Shown here in pieces: positions 42,039 through 55,100 of a DNA stretch of 64,000 bases. The stretch is from assembly GCA_964035545.1 (NCBI GenBank), contig OZ037768.1:9704741-9768740 (forward strand), given 5' to 3'. The stretch is from Bugula neritina (Eukaryota; Animalia; Bryozoa). Below the pieces are notes generated by a model that was not told the origin of the DNA, ran no database searches, and was given only the letters and a program-made list of their open reading frames with translations. Positions within the stretch are counted from its first letter, which is position 1; the number at the start of each line of letters is the position of its first letter. Made by a program: the position numbers and the translations under genes.

Positions 42039-43164
42039 TATGCTGAATCATCATTTCCCTTATATTTGGCAGTTTGTAGATAATGATTTATGTAACTTAA
42101 TTAACAATTGCAATATCTTTTATTTCAAGGTTTTGTGCATATTATGCCTTTATCAAAAATTATAAATAATATACTGTATGCTTTGTTTAGATGTTTGTTT
42201 TTGTCTTAAAAATCAGGTTGTATATTATAAAAAAAAACATTAATATTGAACTGGAGAGTGTAGATGTTAATTAATGAGATATGTATGGGACCAGCATAGA
42301 AAGTCCACTACACTGCAGTGTAGTGGTTTTACTTCATGTCAATAAATCTAACTAAAGTAATGTAAACTGTTCAGAACGTTAGATTAAAGGCTATTTATGA
42401 CAAAAATTAAATGAATTGATTAGGAGTGATTGAGCCCACGGAATTTGACTTGGCTTTGCTATTGGTCAACTATAAAATATTATTATATACGTATAACATG
42501 ATCTGTGTACAACCGCTGCTTCAAGTTCTGTTCTCCCATCAGCACAGCACAGAGTACTATTATGAAAATCTTTGCAGCAGAAAAGAAACTAATGTTTCTG
42601 GCTAACCATATTTGAAAGTTGTTCAGTTAGCTCAAGTAACTCGAGCAATTACTATATTATGTATATAATTTCCCAGGATTCAAAGCCTGTTATTCAGAGC
42701 AAATCACCGATTCAACTTTTGAAACTTTATTATGGGGCACTGTACAATACAGTAACAAAGATAAAAACATATTTTACACAAAGCACAAAACATGAAATTA
42801 CATATTGCAAGAAAGCTGCATAAACATAAGCTAACATTATTAACATAGGGTTTTCAGTAAAGGTTCATTAAAATGCATATAGTATGTTGAAATTGAAAAA
42901 TAAATGCAAACAGCTAAATAAAGGCGCAGAGATCAATAATGAGGTTATAAGATCAGAGCTGCACAGTATTGCGACTAGCTTTTTCAATAGAACACAACTG
43001 CATAGCATCTATAGGTATGTTAAAGTGATAACAATCACAGACATATGCTGAACATGCACCACACTCAGTGGAGTACATTGTGTATGTTTGTGTACATCAT
43101 GCACATGTATTTATCATGTCATGTCTATTTAACGCTCTCATTCGTCAATAGTTATGGTCAGCAC

Positions 43165-46100
43165 TTATGTATCACCAGCTCCACCCACATCAGAACCAGA
43201 CTGAACGAATTTTATACCAGGAACACCGCTTGGCGCATCTTCAGGGACCTTCCAGTTTAGTTCCCGGCCTGCAATAAAAATTCCAATTCATTTCCGTCAT
43301 AAAATTATATTCGTTAACCGAAAAAATGTTGTATACTACACAACAAGTTTCAAATTTTGGGAGAAATAAAATTAGCACTTTAGGTAAAGGGAACTTTCAA
43401 ACCAACACTGCTTCTCTAGCTACATTTTAATATTATGCTTTATTGCCATTCATCTTGTAGAACTGCCTTTCTTGTGCATAATTAACTAAAATAATTTGTA
43501 GACACAATACAATGGGAACATTATATTACAAACTATATTGTAAAGTTTAGCAAAATATTTGAACATAAATGTCAACAAAAATAAAATAAATATTTACAAG
43601 GTGTGTCTTGTAAATTGTGTGCTGGGGTAAAAACTATGGAAATAATTAGTTGCGTATAACCTTTTAAAAAATATAGATACTGCAGATATGTAGCATGTAA
43701 TCTCCACTGATTTCTATACAATAACATTACTAAGAAAAATAGAATGCTGCTTCTCCTTTTATTGCTAACTTATTCCTCATTAAATTTATTGCTGTATGTA
43801 TGGTTTGTCAAACCCACAGTTACCTGATTTTAAGTATCAACCTCGAAAAATGTTTTTTAAATTTCCTATAGACTGCCCTGCTATTGCACGGCTAACTAAT
43901 AGCTGGTAAGTTCTCTCAACTATTTATATATATTCTTGTCCCCAGGCACCACTATTATTCACCATCAGTATGAACAATTGGACATTTTAAAAATAATATC
44001 ACTAGCATTGAGTTATATAATAATATTATTAAAAGCTGTTGAATAAAAGAAAAAGAAAATTTGTGCACATTTCAAATATTGTTACATGTTGCAACTCAAA
44101 CAATCGGGTTTTCAAAGAAATGAAATAAAATAAAGTTAGATGACATGCCGCCAATACAACATTTACCTTTCTCATACAGATCAATAACTTCAATCTTGGC
44201 TTTCTTATCTACATTGAGTTCTTTGTACTTGAAGTAAAGCTTGAGAGCTGCTTGAGCATCTTCAGTAGAATCATGAGTGTCGGATTGGATAGTCTCACCT
44301 AACAGATACACAATCAACTAATGTGTTATGTAAATATCAAGATTACAGATCTGCCCAAGTGTGCTACTTCCCTAATGCAAGAAAGTTATTTCGTCTTCTA
44401 GATTACTTAGATTATATGTGAAAAGACAGTAGTTCAAACATAAAAATGGCCATTATCAATCTACTTGGAAAATTAAATTTCAGGAAATAAAATTTACAAA
44501 CCTAGGAAGTACCAAGCAAGAAACTTCAACGATATCCTTCTTTGGCGTTGGAGGTAAAATAGCTCTGCAGTATCACAAACTTGCTTTGGTGGAATCTGAA
44601 AATATAAAATAGCTCAATAAATAAACATGCTATGATCAAACAGCCTTCAATCAATATCTAATACTTATGGGAGCTGCTTGCTATCTATTACTTACCACAA
44701 TGTTGATAACTCGGAAATCTTTCTTCAAACCATGTCCAACAAAGATGACACCTTTATCCACCATATACCGCAGTCGTATGTACATAGATTTGAGGGTGGT
44801 TAAATGCTTTGATGAAAGAGCAACATCGAGATCGCCAGGCTTGATTCCAGAAAACTAGAATATATACAGTAAAGTAAATAAAATGAAACAAATAGACCAT
44901 CAGTGGGCAAATGCATGCAATATCAGGTAGAGCAACAAGTTTGTTGATGTTTTAAATACTCTATATAAGCATTTGAAAGGAGCATCGATAATACGCAAAG
45001 AGTGAAAATTTTGTTGCGATGATTTATATACTATGCAATATTATATTATACAGCCGTTTTATTTAAATATAACGTAACAGAATGAGTGCCATCAGTGATT
45101 ATTACAATATAGAAAATTAAATTATATTCATTGGTTGAAACTTTTACTGCAAGCGAGATTACTAGAAGCATAGTGAAATGTTGAGCATATCAAATACTAA
45201 AAATGAGTCAACTTTAAAGTAGAACATATCAGTAACTATGTCAATGGTGCAAATAGCATGAAAACTTGAATTGAAACATCATGAGTACAAATTAAATACT
45301 TGCATCACACATTTTATTATGCTCCGAGGGGGGAATTGATTTGTAACAAAAAATTACTTGGAAGTGTTAATAATGCACAGCTATGAAGTTTCCACAAAAC
45401 ATGAGAAACCTGCACATTAAATTGACTGAACAAACAAGACTGTTTGGGAATGTCGATTAAGCTCATGTAACACAACAGTATCAAGTGAAATCTGCTAATA
45501 AAATATACAGTCAAAGTTTTGATGAACAAATAAGGATCAAACATTCCTATGTTTTCTTCAAGTTAAGATAATATTGACTTACTTCTGGTGTTAACAACAG
45601 CCCATTAGAAACAATTAAAAGCCACATTTAACAGAACTAGGTGTATAATAAATATAATTACTTGATAAGTGAGAGTATATATATTTACCCGATAGTATAT
45701 AATATAATTACCTGAGAGTATATAATATAATTCCTATGTTTTCTTCAAGTTAAGATAATATTGACTTACTTCTGGTGTTAACAACAGCCCATTAGAAACA
45801 ATTGAAAGCCTTCCGATTCATAAAGGCTGCCACAATTAACAGAACTAGGTGTATAATAAATATAATTACCTGAGTATATAATATATTTACCTGAGAGTAT
45901 ATAATATATTTACCTGAGAGTACATAATATATTTACCTGAGAGTATATAATATAATTACCTGAGAGTATAGAATATAATTACCTGAGAGTATAGAATATA
46001 TTTACCTGAGAGTATATAATATAATTACCTGAGAGTATAGAATATAATTACCTGAGAGTATATAATACAATTACTTGAGAGTATATAATATAATTACCTG

Positions 46101-49100
46101 AGAGTATAGAATATAATTACCTGAGAGTATATATAATTACCTGAGAGTATAGAATATATTTACCTGAGAGTATATAATATAATTACCTGAGAGTATATAA
46201 TATAATTACCTGAGAGTATATAACAGAATTACCTGAGAGTATATAATATAATTACCTGAGAGTATAGAATATATTTACCTGAGAGTATATAATATATTTA
46301 CCTGAGAGTATATAATATAATTACCTGAGAGTATATAATATAATTACCTGGGTGAGATAATCTACCACTTCCTCCTGAGTGCTGATATAGTCATCCATGA
46401 AAGGTTTAAATAGTAGATCAGTATCTAGCTTTTCACCTTTCCTAAAAAGGCACAAAGAGATGTGTTGTGTGTTGTGTGATGGGCGGTGTGTGGTGTGACA
46501 TGTGTAAGAACAATAGTTTGACTTCATAATGAATATAATATATACAGCATAAGTAGAAATAAAGAGCATGTAGTTTCATCCTTCCTATTAAAATCACACC
46601 AGTCCTAAATGCATACCCTCTGATACAAGTGACTCTAGCGACAGACATCTGCGGTGGTTTAATAGTGGATCTGGTGCCATCACTTCTCAGCTCTGACTCC
46701 TCCTACAAGCCAGACAGGATTACATGAACAGGTGCTCAGTTGACACTTAATCTCTGCTATACTGGTTCAGTAGTTCAATCAACAGTCTGTGATTATTGTC
46801 TTTTAGATAAAAAAGATAGGACGTTCAACTTTTTGCAACACCTTGTTTATTCTATTATGTATTGTCTGGCTTCAGGGAAGTTCTAAATTGACTCACTCAA
46901 CTAATATATGAGAAACTTTTAATATTTCACATGAAGTTATCTGGGTTTGGTGATATACTACAAAGCTTGATCAGTTGCAGCCTAATGTTTATTTATATTA
47001 GCTTTAAGCCAATGATAATGCATATTTGCATTCCCAGTTGGCCAATGAAATAGAAGTGGTCAAAACAACCTATATAAAACACACTTCGATTGAGGCCAAG
47101 CTATCGAGGTATTCAATGCAGATCACAAAGTTATGCTAATAATCAATACTATGTCGATATCACATCACTAGCAACTACTACAATGGGATATAAGAACCAA
47201 CTAAGCAGACAGACAGATGGATACGATGTACTGGGAATACTCCATAACAACTGTGAAGTTGAAATTCCTTCCATAGAGCTGAATACAAGGAGATTCTCTG
47301 TACCGGCAAATGATGAGGGTAAGATGCTTCAGGTTGAAGTTGAAGAATGTTTTACAGATGACTTTAGACCCAGAGCCTACAGTCTACCAGCAAAACTAAA
47401 GAGAGAAGACAAACCCTGTGCACCAGATGACCAATATTTTATGAGTGACAGGAAACTATTTGCCATTCTGACAAACGTAGTTCACATTATTATTGGCATA
47501 GCCATGATTCAGCTAGGAATTGTGGGAACGTGGTACCAGAGATACATGAACTTTGAGAGAGACCAGCTACGCCATGTATTGTACATGTGCATAATGTTCA
47601 TCGTACTCGGTGTGTATGGACTATGTGTGGTAACAAAGAACCTAGGCAAGAACAGGTCTCACCAACTTTTATATTTATCTATATCTCTGTTAAGTATTGT
47701 AGCTAGTAGTTTTATCATGACCAATGGTGCTCTTGTAGTTATATCAGACACTTACAGAACAAACCAGAGGGTTATCGTGATGTTTGACTTACTAATAATA
47801 ATTTTATCTGGACTAGAAATTCCAGTTGCTATTGTGGGACTTTGCACTATAGTAAAACCAGCAGACCTAAACTCAACAATTCCACGGAAAGAGAACACAG
47901 AGAACAAGAACATTTCCTCTACTTCCTGGAATCCTATATTCAACTTGATACTCAACATTTCGCACATTGTGCTGGGATTGTGTATAGCCGAGCTGTCGGT
48001 CGTTGGCCTTCTGTATAGAAGGTTCATGAACATTGACCATAATAACCTGTTGGCCATAATTATTATTAGTTTTAGTTTCATTTCTATTGGAGCAACAGGC
48101 ATATACAACTACGCCTCAGGAAAAAAGAACAAGCTGCAAAAGCAGTCCACTTATACTTGTGGCCCTATACTAGCAGTAGGCAGTGCTGCCTCTATTATGA
48201 TAGTCATATCCATAGCCATGACAAACAAACAATATTACGTGGAAGTTGAAGCTATAAAAGCCTTTGATACTTTGATACTGAGCATCAGTGGGATGGAGCT
48301 GGTGGTGGGGACATTAGCTACAATCCTGTGTTTTATTCCTTGTCTTTTAACCAAGCTAGAGATGAACCAGAAAGCCCGAAAATGGAGAATAAAATTAATG
48401 AAACTACCGTAGAAATAAAGGTGACGCATATTTTTATATTTTAATGTCCAAACACAATATTAGTAAAAATATAACAACATTGTAATATCTTCAATTGGGT
48501 GTGTGTTGTTTTGCTGTATACACAGTCAAGAGACATTTTGTATAAACATGTTTATTAGCTGATGACAATGCTTGGTGTTGATGATGAGCAGTGTTTATGT
48601 ACCCTGTACAAACAAACAATCATGTAACTTGACCCTGTAGTAAAACTTGCATTATCTGGTCCACTGAAATTGGAACAGAGCTAAGAGTAGGGCCACATGG
48701 AAGGGGTATCACTACAGTGAGCTTCAGTGGCTAATCTGATTGTTTTAATTCTAATTACTTTTCATTATTGCAAATATGAAGCAAGATTTCAGAATGAAAT
48801 AGTTTATGAGAGGGGAGTTAAACCATCAGCAAATTATACAAATGGCCGCTGTACTGTGAGAAGTAGTCTGCTCAATGTGGCCCTAGCCTAACTGAGTAAA
48901 TGAATTGCCTTTCAAATAATTGCATTCGGTATTTAATAAATTTTATCAGTGAGGATGAAAATAAATTGACCCATCAACTCTACCTAATAAGTAAAAACCA
49001 ACAGAAGACTTCTTAAAAAGAAACTCAGCACCACTTTATGCAGTAGAGCCTCACGAAGTGAACCAGGGGCTTTATTATGGCTCGGGTTAGCATATGTAGC

Positions 49101-52100
49101 ATCACTTGATATCATATATCTTAGCAATGTTGATTTAGTGTTTTATTCTATTAACATAATAGTAGGAATTTGTCTATCACATTTCACCTACAGTCATCCG
49201 TGAAAGTTTTGACACCCCATTATAGTTTTTGAAGCTTCATGGCTGACCGAGCTTGCTAAACTCATACTATATGTATCTCATCTAAATTAATTAAGGACTA
49301 TATTGTTGCAAACGGTTTGTAACTCTTCTCATAGTTTAACTGTATCTCACTGAAATAATGGGTAAGCTATATTTGCTCTAGTAATTCCTATGCCAAGGCA
49401 AAGTTTAGAGTGTTGTGCAGTTTCATACTCTATCATTCTAACACTATAATCTATTTAGAATGCATGACTTAGGACTTTACAACTTCAAAACCCACTGGAC
49501 CTATTATATTGAGCAGTTTATTGTTGGACAACCACTGAATAGAAAACAAACTATGCGCTTTTTTATCACATTTAACCAACACTTAACAAACTGAAACCTT
49601 ATTAAAAACCCATGTATACCCATAACCATGATTACAATGCAAGACTCCAACTTTTGAGTGAGCAACACTGACCGGTAACAATACACCAGGCATTGAGACT
49701 CTTGTCTACTAGCATAATACAAGTTGAGGTGTGAAGCCAGGTAAGATTGTTGACAAGAGAGATTAATAACTTACTTGGAGCTGATGATCTAAATTGGGCC
49801 ACGTAAGAAACATGCTAAATTGAAAAACTAAGCTAAACCTTACATTATTCTTAGCCTATCATAACTATGGTCACATGGTTGGAGAGGCAGAAAATTTGAG
49901 GAATTACCAGAATTTAATTTTTTAATAATGAGAGACATATGATTATTAATGGTACTGTCAAACTGGTGAAACCCACCATTCGCTTTCTGTGATTAAAGTC
50001 AGCGAGAGTTGAGTTGTTAACCGTAAGTCTTAAGAAGTGCAAAGCAACCAGAAACCCCAAATACTTTTTAGATGACCAAGCTGGTATAACAGTATCTTTC
50101 ATCAGTTTATCACAGACTGTGCATAGATGAATAATAAACTCATTTGGCCAAACCAAAATACACTAACAGAAATATCTGTTGTCAAATAGTAACAAAAACT
50201 TTGAGAGACTAAAAACTAGATCAACAGTTAACTGAGGTTTCAGCACAGTCTTCATGGAGCTTATTAAAGAAAACAGGTGATCAATATGAGTCACCGAGGA
50301 ACACTGAGATATATGGTGTACCTGGTTGAGGGAGACAAACTCAGCATCAATGCCAATGACATCTCCGGCTTCAAGCTTTTCATCACCACTGAGAGGGATG
50401 TTAGTGAAGGAGCGGACTCTATCACTGGCCAGCACAGCTTCAGAGAAGAGTGACTCATAGTTCTCAAACGGACTCTTCACTAAACAAACAGAAGATCGCA
50501 TCAGTATGCAATGATATAAGTGTTATGAGTTAAGTAGATATCTCATATTTGCAGCCCTTTCATGCCACGTCTTATGCATTACAGACTTTCGGCTGTCGAA
50601 AACACTCTTTAAGCTGGCATCTACAGTATAATATATATTTGACTGCAGTGCGTTTGCAAGCATTATTAAGCATTACTATAGTTGCATCATTAAACTCTAC
50701 CCCTACCATTTAATAAAAATAATGACAACTAAAAACATTTCCTGTAGTATTAAATTACTTATTTTGCAATATCACTAGCACTACTTAAATTGTAAAAAAC
50801 AATAGAGCAAGTGAAATGACTTGTTTATCATTGTAATGGTTGACCTACTCAGCAATACAATCTCTCCCACTTGACCTATTGAGGTTGCACTTGTCAATGC
50901 ATTATATTGTTATTTTCTTTTTATGCATGAACAGTGGAAAAACTAGTAGAGAAAACAAAGTATTTCACAATGTTATTATTGAGATTTGATCCCTTAAGTA
51001 TTAAGTAGCTTGTCCTAATACCACGAGAGTCTTAAACAAATTTATTAACTATCATGGGATTTATCGTGTGATAAGATAGGAACCAGATATAAAAGAAGTA
51101 ATGTAGTCATTAGACACAACTCTTATTTAGCAATTGAACCAGGAACTTCAAATACGATTTTATTTCAAATTTGTGTATTAATCAGCAATTTGATGGGAAT
51201 GGCAATTTGCATATCAATGTGAAAAAAGTTATCAATTATCAAAAAAGTCATCAATAATTGGAAAACTCAAAGTGGTTAGTGAATTTTAGTTGGTACATGC
51301 TCCTTGCAGTAGTCAAGGCCAAGAATGTAGAAGCAACAAGTAAAAATATTGATTACATCTTGTGAAATGCTTACCATCACAAAACCCATAGAGTCAAGGG
51401 TAAACTATGGCATAGATCTATATCTTTCAGAAAATAACTTGGCAAGACCTACTCTTGGTGGTTTAGAAAACCCTATTTATGTGTCAATAAATATGTTTTG
51501 AATGAAATTTTCAAACTAAATAACGCTTGAAACATAGCCTAGCTTTCGTTTTGCATGAGTCTATTGATTATGAAAACTGTGAATGCAATATTTCAATCAA
51601 ATGCTTTAAGACCTTAGCTGAACAAAAAATTCAAAATCAACTAGGGTTTTTAGCATGTGATATATCTCTCAAGAGATATACCATCAGACTGTTCCTATTT
51701 GTTTGATTGGGACATGTATGGAAAGCTGGACATATTTTGTGATCACTTTATAGAAAATGCAATATTTACTGAGACAATTAAATTGATGATTTTTCAAGAC
51801 TTATAAAGAATTTCAACTCTCCACCACACTAATTGCACTTTATTTCCTTTATATTTTTGTTTGAATAACTTGGAAGATATGATAGTGATAATCACTTGCG
51901 GAATGACTTTAGATAAGCTACCTTCTATTTTATACGCATCATTGTAATTCTTTCTGATGTAGAACAGAGCACAAGGCCATTTCCAATCCATGTTAAACTT
52001 CACTGCATCTTCCTGCAATATTATACTAAGTGAGACAATTTGTAAACAATTGTATCGTATTTTCAACCCTATCATTACTTAAAAGAGTTACTGCATATAC

Positions 52101-55100
52101 TAAAAAAGTGCAAAATACAGTATATACCTTCTTGAAACTTTCTAAAACAATCTGACAAATGAAATTACTAATTTTAGCTCAAAATACAGCAGCAAATGCA
52201 AATTGTTATTAAAACAGAGACAAGTGGCTGTTTGCTTGTTATGGCACATGGTCAGATGTTATTCCAAAGCAACTTGAATAGTAATGACTGTTGGTTGTCC
52301 AGTCGATGGGGGACACAAAATCTATCATTATTATTCCTTTAATTTTTGGCCATTCTTGATAGAGACATGTGCTAATGAATAATACTTTATATTCATCTGA
52401 AAATACTTAAACTCTCCTTCCCTGTTAGAGCCCTGATGGTGAAGTGTTGTTATGTGGCCCAATTACCCCGGTACCTTACCCGTGGCCCTGCTGGGGTTTG
52501 ACCCCACGCCCCGGGGTCTAGTACACACTAGGCCAGTGTTCCAACCACTAGACCACCACTGCTCCCTAGCACAATGATCTCCAACCATACTTCAGGACAG
52601 ATTAGACAACTCTGTATTGAATTAATCTCTTCCACAAAATATTACACATATTACGTATTAGTAACTATTACTTGTAGTAAGTTTCAATGGTTATCATAAA
52701 TTGAGCAAGATAGTTCAAATGAAACTCATGTATATTCAATGCACTCCAGAAAAATGACTATGAATAGGATGCAAGCTAATTGGCAGCCTGCACATAATAT
52801 GTAACAGATATGCCTTTATTATTAGACTATGCGTAATATAATAACTTATTATTTCATAATTCAATTTATAGCATGAATCAGGCGTAATAATGCTAATTTA
52901 TATTGAATTAGTTGTTATGTTGACCATGTTTTGAGGTGAATGACTGCAGCTGCTACATTATTTATCATGACATCAAATGTGTTCTGTATACGTGCATTAT
53001 GTATTACAGCTAGCTACCAGCACATCAAGTTATTAACTATACTTACTTTTTCAATATCTACTATAGAAAAATCATTGAATAGATAGAACTGTGTGGTTGT
53101 AACGCCTTCTTTTCTCTGATGATATGTTTCCCCGACATGTATGTGCGACACCAAGTTGTTTCCTAACTTATTGTCTCTTATATGAGCAACGCTGGCCATT
53201 AGCTCATAGGTGACGGCACCATCTTCACTGCCAGAAGACTTCGGCTGCAAAAAGATTACACCTCGTTTCATTTATCCAGACATAATAATTTCTAGACAAA
53301 AATCGGCATATTTGTTACTATTTTAATTATAAGCATAGAAACAGCATGAACGATTTTAAAAAACGAACAGGTATGGATTAGAAAGGCCTGAAATAAATTA
53401 GGTTTACTTACACCATATGGGTCACCTATGTTGCTAACGGACACGTGGCCATTGTCTAGCAGCTTCACTGAAAGTCCGAGTGGAACCCAAGCTGGTGGAT
53501 CCCCTTTAGACGCATGTCCTCCCAAGGCGCCAACTTCACTGTTCACACAATATAACTGGCATAAGTAAACCTGATATCTATGTCAAGGCAAGGATAAACA
53601 AGGACAATTGTCTACTGCCAACATAAAACCAGGGGCTTGGAAGCATACGTTGATGTTTCAACTTTTTTGTGTAAATATTGATATCAAACAAAACAGGAGT
53701 ATTTTATGTTGTGTTGAAATATTGTTCTTTTATTGGAACAGCTAGCAAAACCTAAAATAAGCCACTCCTCTAACATGATTAATGAGAAAAATTTTGCATT
53801 CTGCTCAGAATTATATTCAACAGCAACACTCACTCTCTTCCTTCATGAAAGAAGTAACAGTCATTTCTAGTACATCCCGAGCCATAGCGACAAGCCTTTT
53901 TCGTTCTGCTAAAAAATTAAAAACACATTAATAAAATCATGTACTCTATTCTATATATAAGATGCTTAAATTTGAGACAACTGAATTTAATACATATAGT
54001 TGAGACATTTTAGCCTCAGCCTTACAGCAAATAATTTGAAAAAAGCTATTGAAATGTTATTTCTCTTATTGACACAAGGATTGTGACATGTTGCCCATTT
54101 TTTGAAAAATTTGGAGAAAAAATGGCATTTCCCTAAATAAGAAGCAAGAGTTTTGGTAGATCAAAATATTTTCATAGCACATGTGGCTATCAGTACACAA
54201 CAGTGTGCAACTCCTGATGAGAAGTCAACAGATTGTTCTGGTTTAATGCATCACTGCTAATTTATGACTGTATAGTCACACACAGAAACACACATTTGCT
54301 TTCAGATAGCGATTTTGCAATTTACAATGCTAAAATTCTTATACACACATCACCATCACCTACCTGTGGTCAACAGAACTTGCGTTACTGGTAGGTTTAC
54401 GCTCATGTTCTTCGGCCAATAGCTCAAGCTGTCTTTTCCAAAAATCAAGTGTCGTGTCATTATCTACTTGACAATTCAGTCCTATAACGTCAGGCACGTT
54501 CTTGAGTAAACGTTGCTGCGTCTAAAAGCAGTAGACATGGAATTTGAAAGAAATCTTTATAGTGCAAGTTTGCAACTATGATGAAGAAACATAGAAAATA
54601 GTATTTAGAGCTGGCTAATCTAATCTCACAACCCTCTACTATGATTTTTATTGAGTTTATAGAATATAAAATTCTAGCAGTTGTATATTGAGAGCCCTTA
54701 GACTCAGCTAGAAGTTATATATAGATGAGAGAAGTGTCTCACATGAAGCTGATAGCCATCACATTTCTGGCAGAAGGACTGCTGACTCTGAGCAGCATTC
54801 ATACTTCTTGCTATCACTTCTGAAAATGGTACTTTGGAGAAAGCAAAGTGGGGAACTAAAAGTATACAAAACTAATTACTTGAAAGCAGCAGAGTTCAAT
54901 GCAACACTGTCTACTATAAATTTACTCTCAGCTTATGCAAACTAATTAGTCAATAGAGTAGGAAATGGATGAACACACCATCTACTGGTGCTTCCGGATA
55001 GTCCATGTTGAACATGAAGGTCTCCGATTCACGGCTGGACAAGTGCCCACATTTACTGCAGGATAGGTTGGTAGCAGTTGACGTTCCGAAGAGTTTTTGT

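Noticed and set aside
45860-46350. CRISPR-like array
   Set aside because: Head-to-tail repeats with no unique spacers, in a eukaryotic intron with no cas genes.
47090-47182. 440-aa version of the nested ORF
   Set aside because: Begins at a TTG only ~10 nt after the TATA box, upstream of the likely TSS; ATG 47183 preferred.
47752-48429. Minus-strand ORFs overlapping the nested gene as possible PAN2 exons
   Set aside because: PAN2 is complete and in phase without them (SLNQ|EESELRSDG); they are antisense shadows.
52430-52566. Functional tRNA gene
   Set aside because: A and B boxes are present, but there is no pairing acceptor stem or clear anticodon arm and the B box deviates; better explained as a SINE head.
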